64,000 bases of DNA. Source: Squalus acanthias (Eukaryota). Under the pieces are notes generated by a model. The model searched no databases. It was not told where the DNA came from and was given only the letters and a program-made list of their open reading frames with translations. This document shows positions 50,496 to 62,177 of this stretch, one piece after another (the first letter of the stretch is position 1; every line of letters begins with the position of its first letter). The stretch is from NCBI GenBank assembly GCA_030390025.1, contig CM059432.1:134294001-134358000 (forward strand), read 5' to 3'. Made by a program: the position numbers and the translations under genes.

Positions 50496-51065
50496 TTTCT
50501 ACCTTTTTGCAACAATTGGTCTTGCAGTGGGCACCTGCATTGTTTACAATTGGTCTGAATAGTGATTATTGACCTCAGTGCTTGCTGACTGTATTACCAG
50601 ACTCAATGCACATACTTTTTTCAGATCCAGCTGCTTACTGGTTGATAGATTTCAGACATGTGCCTAGTAAGAGATTCGCGATCTTTCACCTCCGCTGATG
50701 TTTCCTCGGGTAGGAGTTATTTGCTTCTGAATATGTTCCTCCAGTCTATCAACACACAACTTGTACTGCTGCATTGCTAACTCGTGTTGGTCTGTGACAG
50801 CGTGGATGCTAGATAACTTCAGGGACATCTTGATCACTATTTTCATCAATTTGAGTGCTGAATCGTAAAAGGAACCTCATGGCAGCTTTGAAGAGTTCTT
50901 GCCATTCAGGGGATTATCCCAGAGGGAAAAAAGCATCTTTATTCCATAAGACCAGTAGGTCACTGACAATCTTACAGTCAGCAGGTTCAGGTTAGTGCTT
51001 TATTCAGACTAATTGTAAACAATTCAGGTGTTTACTGTAAGACCAATTGTTGCAAAAGGTGGAAA
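50496..51065. repeat. Long-range inverted repeat in TXNL4A intron (arms 50496-50561 and 51001-51065; weaker extension 50583-93 and 50973-83)
   Basis: About 65-bp arms differing by 7 substitutions and 1 indel. Confidence 0.9.
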
Positions 51066-52524
51066 TGTCCTTTACCGTTAAGTGGGCTTAACAGAATTCC
51101 AGCATTTTAGAGCATGCTGATTTAAGATTAAAGTGCTATTGAGGGAAGAAACTGACTGGGAAACTGCAGTGTAAGGTGAAGATGCTATGATTTGTCACAG
51201 GATGTGGTACCGTAATAAATTACTTGCCCTATTCAAATCTGGTTTGAATAGTGAAGGAGGTTGGCTGGGCGCAGGTCACGTTCTTACCCTTGGACAAAGG
51301 ATGTGGGAAGGTGGGTCACTCTCCAGGACCAGTGATAACACCGGGAGACTTATTAGTGTCTTCATTAACAAACTATCTGGTCTGTGTAGCCTCACTAAGT
51401 TTCTTCTAACAGTCCAAAGCGCACACTTATTTTCTTAATATTTTCTCACCTATTTTGAGGTTTTTCTTTTGCTTTTTTTTAGATGATTAACAAAATTACT
51501 TTTACTAGTGATTTTTGACTAGTACGGTTGAAATTACATGCTGTAGTGCCCAATTTTTGCTACTGGGTGGCGTTGTACTAAAGCCACATTGCAGCATGTT
51601 TAAAAGTTTGTTGCAGCTCTTGGTTTCTGGACCACACTGCTCAGTGTTACAAATGGGCTCTTCAAGACCAAAACAAATTAGAGAATTTTTACTAGATCAG
51701 TCATCTAACAAGTGGAAATTGTGACCCTTAAAAGGGCACTTCAGTGTGTTATAACCGAAAATATTGTAAGTCATGAGCAACCCTTTTAAAAATAAAATAA
51801 TTATAATGTTACTCCAATGTTGCATCACATGATGTAAAGTCTCGTTCCTCCCCCCACCACCACCAAATCCATTAGTATCTAATTTGTATGGTAAATGCAC
51901 AGTATGTACTGATCTACTTCAGAACAAATACATATTTTTGATTATTTTCCACTTTATTTTTGTCTTCATGCACTAATGCCAGTAGAGGGCAGACCTGAGA
52001 TAACTCCCGGGCTCCTGCTAGTGCTGCTTTGCAGCCAGCCACTAAGAGTAGGTGCAAGCAGTCTGGGATCACTGGTTTTCCTTTTCATTCTCTTCATGGC
52101 CTTAGTACAGTACTTATGGCCAAGATGGTCAGTTTACTGTATAATTGTGGCATGTACTTGTGTCTGATTCTCTGCCATGGTACCATGTTCACTTCAGAGA
52201 TATTCTGTGAACTAAATATGGATTTCTTTCTCCATTTCATAGTACTGTCCTGTTCCAAGCTAGTTGTTTATTTACAGTCAAGTTGTGTGTGTTGTCTTAC
52301 TGCATTGCACTTGTTACCTAAAGTGGTCTTTCACGCTCATCGATTTGCTCTCGTTCTATTAATTAGCAATAGATCGAATTTTAAAACTGGAGCTAAATCT
52401 GTATATTTAAGCACTGACTTGTTGAACAATTTAAAATAAATTACCCCCTCTTTACCCATTTTTGAACAGATTAGTTACTGTGAAAAGATATTAAAATAAG
52501 TTTATAGTTTTTGTTTTACTCTTT

Positions 52525-52870
52525 TTGCCTCCCCTCACCAAGATTTAAATCGTTGGGGTATTCCACAAATACTGGGCACTTTTCAGTACTTCACCCAAGT
52601 GACCATTACTCACGTGTGAGCCTTGGAGGGCAGGGAGGGGCTATCACAGCCAAGCCCAATCCTGTTCTCTCATCGTACATACATACATGCATGCATTTCC
52701 AGTAACCTAGTTGGACAATGATCAGGAGTGGCAACGTTAGTTAATTTTACAAATATAGTGCTTTGAACATCAGTTGGACTGAGATCAGCAGGCTCGTCGC
52801 AGTTTGTGATTCAAACCGGGATTGTCTTGGTCTGTGTACCTCACCTGCTCACTGGATAAACTAACTAATG
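52525..52870 (-). mobile_element. Old tRNA-derived SINE-like element (related to 55195-56885)
   Basis: Degenerate similarity between the two copies; B-box-like motif. Confidence 0.5.
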
Positions 52871-53031
52871 GATTGTCAGAGCTCTTATAGCAAGTTTTAA
52901 TAATTGGAGAATTCAAAGAAATTGCAAAAGATTACATTCTCAAAGCAGTGTTTGTTTGTCAAACTTTGAACAGCAGGAAGCTTTTGTGTGCGTTAATTTT
53001 TCCTTACAAAGTTTTTGCTCTTTCTTTCTAG

Positions 53032-53203
53032 AAACAAGCACATCATGATTGATTTGGGCACCGGTAACAACAATAAAATAAATTGGCCTATGGAAGACAA
53101 ACAAGAAATGATTGACATTGTCGAGACAGTTTACAGAGGAGCCCGCAAGGGAAGGGGTCTTGTGGTATCTCCAAAAGACTACTCCACTAAATATAGATAT
53201 TGA
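53032..53203 (+). CDS. TXNL4A: TXNL4A coding exon 3 (ends in stop)
   Basis: TTTCTTTCTAG|(R)NKHIMIDLGTGNNNKINWPMEDKQEMIDIVETVYRGARKGRGLVVSPKDYSTKYRY*; total CDS 429 nt = 142 aa. Confidence 0.99.
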
Positions 53204-53557
53204 GGTGTCGTGTATGCTCAGTTGAACAATTTGCCATATGCATCATCCTGGAATATCACCGTTGTACATGGAGTATCCACCTTCAGATTTCATCTGTGTT
53301 TAGACATTTGCATTGGATGCCCTCACTATTTTATATTGTCTACTGCAAGATTTATAAACTATATATGAATGGAAAGTTGTGTTTTTTTTTACCATATTTT
53401 CTGTTGTGCTAAATAGAAACTTGATTTATTTACCATTCATTCTTTTTAAAAAGGACTTTTGTGTTACATAACTGTCCTGAACCTGGTAACAAATTATATT
53501 TTTGGTACAGTACTTTGAATATTTGAATTGCTATAGTTTATTCTTTCTCGACATCCA

Positions 53558-53563
53558 AATAAA
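53558..53563 (+). terminator. TXNL4A: Candidate polyadenylation signal of TXNL4A
   Basis: First AATAAA after the stop codon, following a ~355-nt AT-rich 3'UTR. Confidence 0.6.
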
Positions 53564-55474
53564 AATTGAAGAATGACACGTGATTGGACTCGGGTTTCCG
53601 ATCATAACGCTGACGGGAACCCGTTTAAAATGAGTTTCTGTTGGCATTCTGATTGGAAAGACGTAAGACATAGTCTCCATTCTTGGCAGTAGTTAGGTAC
53701 TGTATTGTGTTTTTTTTTTGAACCAACTATATAATGGGCTAAATTTTCAGCCAGCATTGGGAAGAAAATATAAAATGTAATTATTTTAAATGTTGACAGG
53801 CAACACTATTATATCAATGTTTACAGCCTTTATTCTTGGGCATATGCCAAGTAGTCAGTATTTAATGTTGGTTCCCCCCCCCCCCCCCCCCCCCCCAAAA
53901 AAAATAGTGTGCCTGATTGCCTTTTATGGTTATGGGCCTAGGTCCATAGTCTTCAAATTCTTATGAAATGCATAATAACAAACCAGTCAGATTATATTGA
54001 CATATTCATTGTGTACTGTCTTTTTAAAAAAAAAAGACAGTGTGGCATGAGAATAGTTACGATTTATCCTCATACAACCTGAGCTCCCTATAAGCTACTG
54101 GCTTGGGCTGTCAACCAATTAATTTGGCAAACAACTGTTTAGATTTGATCAAAGTAATAATTGTCTTTGAAATGTTGTAAACATGGTAGAATTTCTTGGT
54201 TAAGTGCATTGTTTCTTGCGTTTGTGAATCTCAACTCCTGTTTACAATTTTTTTTTTAGCTGCCATAATGGAAATTGCCTTTCCAAAGGCCAAAACTTTA
54301 AAGTGTCTTAGTATAAAAGTAATGTCATCTAGTGTCACTTACTCCATACATCTATTGTATATATCACCAAGAAGTAATCTTGCCTAATCTCATGGACACC
54401 ACTTAGAAAACAATGGCATTGAATTTTCCTCTGAAGTGAATTGTGTGAATCTTTGTGTTAATCACATTGAGTCGTATTAATAGATAATCTATGTCTATCT
54501 AGACAAAGAAATTCTTTGTTTCTTCATAGGAAGTGGAAGTAATACCAATAACTCTTGGGACTGTTGGACCAAAGTATAATTTTGCAGTCAAATGTGAGAC
54601 TGCTAATTGTAATAATGCACTGCACAGCTCCAGGAATGCCCATTATAGTAATCAATCCTATTGCATAATACTTCTGATCTATGTTGAGTGTTACTCAATT
54701 GTCAAATACTTCGACCTGTGCTACTGTGTGGCAGCGTTTTGTAATAGTTCAGGAAAACTTAGTTCTCAGATTAGCCGCTGTCTGAGGTCTTCATATAAAT
54801 AGTGTCACTAATCTACAGAACAAGCTCCTAGTAACTGAAATGTGCACATTAGTGACCAGCAAGTGTAGCAATTTGCCAGGCTTCCAGGAGACATGAAGGT
54901 TAAAATGGTATAGAACAGCAACAAATTGCATTAATATAGCACCTTTAACGTAGTAAAATGCCCCAGAGTGCTTCAGAGGAGCACGGTTGGGGGAAGAGTT
55001 TAAAGATGGAAACTGCTGGAGGGGAAATAATGAGTCAGTGCCTCTTTCTAGTACATTTCCCAATTCAATTTCAGGGTTCAAACATTGTCTCCTTTTACTG
55101 TACCATCTAGGTATTGTATTTTCCTTGGGCTTCAAGTCGACCTATATTGAAATTCAAAAAGAATTTTTTTTGATTGAACTGTGCAGGATTCCTTGTTGAA
55201 ATGGTGGGCAAATGCACCGACTAATGTAATACTAAACCGTACAGACCAGAAGATGCCAGGTTCACTTAGTCTATGCTGAGTTCAATGATCTCTGCCAGGG
55301 TAGCAGTTGGGGTGCTACAATTAATTGCCTTGGTAACCATGGACTAGGGAGGGTAAAAACAGTCATGGTTTTTGCTCTGATAAGTGTGGATGACTAGTGT
55401 TCACAGGATCAGGCTTGAATAGCCTACCAACTTGTATTGGACTCGCACATGAATGATGACTTGAGAGACACCTA

Positions 55475-56829
55475 GGCCCTGAATTTGCAGTCGGTATGAT
55501 GGCGAACTGTCAGAGTACGCCTTTGAAACTGACCGCAAGTTCGGGATTTCCGCTTGCACATGTGCTAAATCCTGAACTTTCAATCTGTCAAGTTGCAACT
55601 ACACAGAGGTTTCGCTGCATCTTTCACCACCTGATAGAAATTAACGTGCTGGCGAAAAGTTGGGCTAATTGCCCACCTACTCTGAAGTAATTACGCTTTC
55701 AATTTTTAAGTCTTGTGTAAGGGGGCCGGATGAGAAAATTGTAATAACAAAAGTTCTCATCAATGATTTATAACAGCAGAGTACACAGTGCTGCTGAGGC
55801 TTGTAATAACAAGGGAAGATTTGTCCTATACAGCAAGTGCATTTATGATTTTGCTACATGTAGTGAACAGAACAAATTTTCCTACAAAATTAGTTGTAGC
55901 TTTTAGTAACAGTCATAATTTTTTGGCAGAATATGTTCCTTTTAATTTGTAAAATGGCAAGGGTATTGCATATTGGCTCACCTACATTTTCACTTTTTCA
56001 TCAGTAATAGACTTCGATTAAAAAGACACGCAAAACTTAATTTAAATGTGGAATACAATTGTTAATGTCTTTCCAATGCATTGTCTCAGTTTCATTGATC
56101 TTTAGTGGAGACTAAATGACATTCGAGCTCCTCTTGAGGTGGTAAATAATTGTAATACAGCCAAATTCCTGTTAAGAGTTAAACATGAAAAGCTTAAACA
56201 TGTCATAAGCCATGATATTTAAGTTCTTGAGATTGGTTATATTTCTCTTCCAGCAATTGCACCTTGAAGTGGCTCTAACTTTTTCTTCTCCGCATTTATT
56301 TTCATTTACCCTAATGTTCCATTTTTTCACTAGATCGACAACTTTGTTGATACTTGTTTCTCATTGCTGACCCTGTTCTACTGTCATAAATGTGCACAAA
56401 CGTTTCACGGACATGTCCATGTAATTTATGACATCTTCATGCTCTCTAAATTGGACAACATAATCTCTATTGACTCCAGCATTAGTTGCTGAAAAGGGAT
56501 CAACTTATTTCACAGTGATTATATTTGTGAAGGTTTCATTTCCATTCTTAACCTAATATGAGTGAATCCCTCCTCTTGTCATTTTGCACTTTAAGGGCTC
56601 AGCTGTAGTTTATAGGCTAAAAATCAGTAAGTAAAAGAGCCACCACCCCACGTGATCCCAGGTTTGCGTATGCACAACGGTGGACTCCTTGTTGGAGTAT
56701 GCTGCACGGAACTCTGCAGCGTTTTAAAGGAAGTTCTAGCGGGGGGATCGCACGAGGTAGGTGCAGATTTACTTGCGATGTCAGCACGGCGTACTCTTTA
56801 GCTTCGCCGCCAACTGCAAATTCAGGCCC
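55475..56829. mobile_element. Harbinger-like MITE (1355 bp) inserted in an old SINE (55195-56885)
   Basis: 20-bp TIRs GGCCCTGAATTTGCAGTCGG and revcomp GGGCCTGAATTTGCAGTTGG; 3-bp TSD CTA. Confidence 0.85.
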
Positions 56830-57053
56830 CTAGTGTTTAGAACTACTAAAACAAGAATCACTGCTTTCAGGAGAGGAGTGGAGAAAATCCGGGAAGAGGA
56901 AGATGATGTAAGAAGAGGTAATTGTTTATAAGGAAAATTGCAAAATAAGTTATTTCTGAAAATTGTTTTGTAGAATTATCTCATTTGAAAAATTACAAAC
57001 TTTTTTCCAAGAAAAAGCAACAAATGAACCATAGCTACTGCAGCATCCATGTG

Positions 57054-57213
57054 TCAATTTGGATGCCACTTTATCCCATGAATATGATGTCTTTGTCTTC
57101 TGTAACACAGCAGGTTTTGTGCATTAGACTCTTGCAGTTCAATATGATTTGTTCTACTTTTAGTGCAGAAGGTACATGCCCTTTGCTGTTGTGCAACAAT
57201 TTGCCTTGTAATG
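57054..57213 (-). other. Candidate terminal exon of a convergent neighbouring gene
   Basis: Minus-strand branch ACTAAT followed by TTTTCCTTATTTCTTTCAG acceptor; unique sequence; product not recognised. Confidence 0.3.
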
Positions 57214-57974
57214 CTGAAAGAAATAAGGAAAAGTATTAGTATTAAATATATGATTGTCATTTTTAAGTTATGTATAGATATTTGGGGGGAGGGGGTTGTG
57301 CTCATGAAGGTGAGGGATGTTGGTGCTGGGGGACAGAACACTTTTTCACAATGTATTGAGGTCAGGTACAGATTGGGCCAGATACAACAGAAACCTGTTC
57401 TGCCTCAACAACATGTCTTAAATCCAAACTCAAAAGCGCACCCTGCTGCACAAGTATGACATTTTCACACCAGTCCTCCTTTGTGACCTCTCCAAGTTAG
57501 TTGCTGATTCAGTGTCACATTATGGGCAGCTATTTTACTGTGAACCCACACCTATTGTGATCTTGGTTCAAATTAATTTCACCCAGCCAGCAAAGAGGAG
57601 ACTTTAATTCCACCAGTCTGAGCTGGACCTCAACCAGAGACTTGAACAGGTAAAAGAATGTGTGATGTTACCCAGCCTCTCTTTGTTTTCTTTCTTTAAA
57701 ACAAAGTACCAATGCAATAACGAAAGTATGCAACTGCTATTTAAATATTTATATAGTAAGGTTTATGCAGAATATATGTATACATGTACATCATAAATCC
57801 TTTATACAAATTATGTTGGATTTTATAATTCCACTCAATCATGTTACCTGTACTATAATTTCCAGCAATTGACTAGATACTGCTTGATAGTTTTTTTTGT
57901 TGAGATAATCTCAGTCCTGCTTTAACAAGAAACTTGACATTAGTGTACTGGGAGCTATTTTTAAGTAACTACTG

Positions 57975-58485
57975 TGAACAGTTTTGGTCTTACCTAAGGA
58001 AGTATATACTTGCCTTTTAGAGGGGGTGCAATGAAGGTTCACTAGATTGATTCCTGGGATGAGAGCATTGTCCTATGAGGAGAGATTGAGTAGAATGGAC
58101 CTATATTCTCTGGAGTTTAGAAGACTGAGCGGTGATCTCATGGAAAAGTCTAAAATTCTTAGAGAACTTGACAGGGTAGATGCTGAGAGGCTGTTTCCCC
58201 TGACTGGAGAGTCTAGAACTAGGGGGCATAGTCTCAGAATAAGGGGTCAATTTCTTCACTCAGAGGATTGTGAATCTTTGGAATTCTCTGCCTCAGAGGG
58301 CTGTGGATGTTCAGTTGTTAAGTATATTCAAGACAGATCGATTAGATTTTTGGGCACTTGAGAGAACCAAGGGATGGGGGTAGAGCAGGAAAGTGGAGTT
58401 GATGTAGAAGATCAGCCATGATCTTAGTGAATGGCGGAGCAGGCTTGAAAGGCGTATGGCCTACTTCTGCTCCTATTTCTTATGT
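57975..58485 (+). mobile_element. CR1 3' portion
   Basis: IPGMRALSYEERLSR..YSLEFRRL; tail CCTATTTCTTATG. Confidence 0.9.
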
Positions 58486-60933
58486 AAATAAAGAACAAAG
58501 AAAATACAAGTAACAATTCAACTCCACGCTATCACCCCGAGTTTGTTAATTTGTGAGTATTTCTAAGTAATTCATATCTATTAGAACCCCAGTAATTTGT
58601 CTTGCACATTGATTAGCATCTGTGCATGCAGTCTTGGAGCATTTATATGCCAGTGTATAAAAGATGTGGAAACCTCTAAAGCCTAGTTACATCATCATAT
58701 GTAAATAAGGAAAAAGGAGGACCAAGAAATTGATAAGGAAAGAGAAAAAAGAAAGTAAATTAGCAAGAGACCTAAAACATTGTAAACATTTCGAAGGTAT
58801 GTAACAAGGATAATACAGTAATCATGGGGGACTTTAATCTACATGTAGACTGGGCAAACCAAATTTGCAGTAATAGTGTGGAGGATGAATTCATGGACTG
58901 TATACAAGATAGTTTTCTGCATCAACTAGGGAACTGGCTATTTTAGATCTAGTATTGTGCAATGAGAAAGGGTTAATTAATAACCTTGTAGTAAAGAGGC
59001 CTTTAGGGAAGAGTAACCATAATATGATAGAATTTTATATTGAGTTTGAAAGTGATTTAGTTAAATCCAAAACTAGGGTCTTCAATCTAAGCAAAGCAAA
59101 CTATGTAAGTTTGAGGGGCGAGTTGGCTAAGGTAGATTGGGAAACTACATTAGAAAGTATGATGGTAGACAAGCAATGGCTAGCATTTAAAGAATGAATA
59201 CATAATTTGCAACAAATATACATTCCTTTAAGGCACAAAAACCCCACAGGAAAAGTGGTCCAACCGTGGCTACCAAGAGAAGTTAAAGATAGTAGTAGAT
59301 CAAAGGAAGCGGTTTATAATGTTAAGAGTAGTAAGCCTGAGTATTTTAGAATTCAGCAAAGGAGGACCAAGAAATTGATAAGGAAAGAGAAAAAAGAATG
59401 AGAGTAAATCAGCAAGACATAAAAACAGATTGTAAACGTTTCTATAGGTATGTAATTAGGAAGAGATTAGTGAATGTAAACATGGGCCCATTAGAGGCAG
59501 AGCCAGGAGAAATTATAATGGGCAATAAGGAAATGGCAGACATTAAAGAAATACTTTGTATCTGTCTTCGGTAGAAGACACAAAAAACATTCCAGAAGTA
59601 ATGGGGAACCAAGGGTCTAGAGAGAATGAGGAACTTAAAGAAATCAGTTTAAGTAAAGACATAGTACTGGAGAATTAATGGGACTAAGTGGCGACAAATC
59701 CCCTGGACCTAATGACCTGCATCCTAGGGTTTTAAAAGAGGTAGCTGCAGAGATAGTGAATGCACTGGTATTAATCTGCCAGAATTCCCTACATTCTAGA
59801 ACAGTCCCCAAGGATTGAAAGGTAGTAAACACAACCCCGCTATTTAAGAAAGGAGGAAGAGGGGGAAAATGGGAAACTATAGGCCAATTAGCCTGACATC
59901 AGTAGTAGGCAAAATGCTAGAATATATTATGTAGTGGTGGTAGGGGTCAGCCTTACCCCTGACTCAGTGAGCGGTTCGAATCGCTGCCACGCCCCAGGTT
60001 CAGACCTTGGACTTATTTAGGGGTTGTGAATAAAGATGCAGTAGACAACAGGTTCCGATGAAAGAATTTTGACTTTTTTATTAAAAGTAAAAGGTAACAA
60101 ACTTAAATCACACTTAAACAGGTTGGAGAACACAAGGTACAGGCGAGGGAGAATGACAATATACAAAACCCTTATCCCTCCCAAGAATCCCACTATCTAG
60201 CTAGGTTTCGGTTTCAGGAGATCAGGGATAATGCGCACCAAACGGGTTTTAACAGTGCGAAATCCAGCCAGGTAAGTTGATGGTGGTCTGGTCATCGAGT
60301 GTCTTCCTGGAACATGCTGCTTCTGGACAGAGCCGAGAGGGAGAGTCCGGAGAGAGAGAGCCTCTTGGGGAATTCCTTGGGGTATTATACATGTTCAGCT
60401 CCTTTGTTCTTTTCTTCGCTCCCAGAACCCCTTACTAAAAATGGTTTCGTGCTGAAGTGATTGGTTTCAGTTGAGGCCTGTTCATTCCATTGTCTTGGTT
60501 CCTTGCAGGCTTGTTAAGTTTTGATGGGTTTAACTTGGGGTTAAAAATGTTCTGAACTCTCTTACTGAACTGTTGTAACTGCTTGATGGGCCTTCAATTA
60601 TGCTAAACCAAATCAAATCCTGGTCATTGAAAGACCTCGTTACCAGTAACGGCTTTTTACTGAGTGTCAAATGGTTTGCGTCCGGTCGATCTGTTGTTTT
60701 ATTGGAGTTTGCATTGTCCTCATGTTTTGGATTTCTTGCTGGGCCTAGCATTCCTATCTTTATGCGTCTCTTTAATGGGTTCTGTGTTTTGGGTGGGGCT
60801 GCCTTCTCCCAGGGCCTATTGTCCAAATGTTAATACGATAGCAAAATACTGCGGATGCTGGAAATCTGAAATAACAACAGAAAACGCTGGAAAAACTCAG
60901 CAGGCCAGGCAGCATCCGTGGAGAGAGAAAGAG

Positions 60934-60970
60934 AGTTAACGTTTCAGGTCGATGACCTTTCGTCAGAACT
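60934..60970 (-). ncRNA. Minimal hammerhead ribozyme motif in the Penelope 3' terminus
   Basis: AGTT-CTGACGA-A-AGGTC(ATC)GACCT-GAA-ACGT-T-AACT. Confidence 0.75.
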
Positions 60971-61238
60971 GTGAAGAGCCGGAAATCAAATAGATTTAAG
61001 GCCAGAGTAAAGCTGGGAAAAGGGGGAGGGGATAAAAGAACAAAGGGGGAGATGAAGAGACATTAAGAGATATGCAAGGCTAGAGATGGTGTTAATGTGA
61101 CAGATTAAGGCTGAATGAAGTGTGAAATCCACTGGCAGAATGAAGGACAGCTGCCAGCTTCTAGGAGGAAAAAAAAGGTGGGGGGGGGACAAATAAAAGG
61201 GTGGAAAAAATAAAATATAAATGTGATTGGAGCTGAGG

Positions 61239-62098
61239 TTATGATCTAAAATTGTTGAACTCGATGTTGAGTCCAGAGGGCTGTAGCGTGCCTAAACGAA
61301 AGATGAGGTGCTGTTCCTCGAGCTTACGCTGAGCTTCCGTGGAACAGTGTAATAGGCCGAGGACGGTGAGGTCAGAGTGGGAGTGAAGCGGTGAATTAAA
61401 GTGACAGGCCACCGGGAGCTCGGGGTCCCCCTTACGGACTGAACGGAGGTGTTCCGCAAAGCGGTCACCCAATCTGCGTTTGGTCTCCCCAATGTAGAGG
61501 AGTCCACATCGTGAGCAGCGAATACAGTATACTAAATTGCAGGAAGTACAAGTAAATCGCTGTTTCACCTGGAAGGGGTGTTTGGGGCCCTGGACAGTGG
61601 GAAGAGGGGAGGTATAAGGGCATGTGTTGCATCTCCTGCGCGTGCACGGGAAGGTGCCGGGCGAAGGGGAAGGGGTGCTGGGGGTGGTAGAGGAGTGGAC
61701 TAGGGTGTCGCGGAGGGAGCGGTCCCTGCGGAATGCTGAAAGGGGAGGTGAGGGGAAGATGTGTTTGGTGGTGGGATCACGCTGGAGGTGGCGGAAATGG
61801 CGGAGGATGATCCGTTGAATGTGGAGGCTGGTGGGGTGAAAGGTGAGGACAAGGGGAACCCTATCGTGGTTCCGGGAGGGAGGGGCAGGGGTGAGGGCAG
61901 AAGTGCGGGAGATAGAACGGACACGGTCGAGGGCCGTGTCGACCACGGTAGAGGGGAATCCTCGGTTGAGGAAAAAGGAAGACATGTCGGAAGCACTGGT
62001 ATGGAAGGTGGCATCATCAGAGCAGATGCAGCGGAGACGGAGAAACTGGGAGAATGGAATAGAGTCCTTACAGGAGGCGGGGTGGGAGGAAGTGTAGT
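61239..62098 (-). CDS. Penelope ORF C-terminus: RT thumb, Cys motif and GIY-YIG endonuclease (truncated, frame open)
   Basis: DYTSSHPASCKDSIPFSQFLRL...CTRRRCNTC...LVYCIRCSRCGLLYIGETKRRLGDRFAEH...GLN; no stop over ~286 codons. Confidence 0.9.
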
Positions 62099-62140
62099 CT
62101 TTACTCTGGCCTTAAATCTATTTGATTTCCGGCTCTTCAC

Positions 62141-62177
62141 AGTTCTGACGAAAGGTCATCGACCTGAAACGTCAACT
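62141..62177 (+). ncRNA. Minimal hammerhead ribozyme motif in the inverted terminal copy
   Basis: AGTT-CTGACGA-A-AGGTC(ATC)GACCT-GAA-ACGT-C-AACT. Confidence 0.75.
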
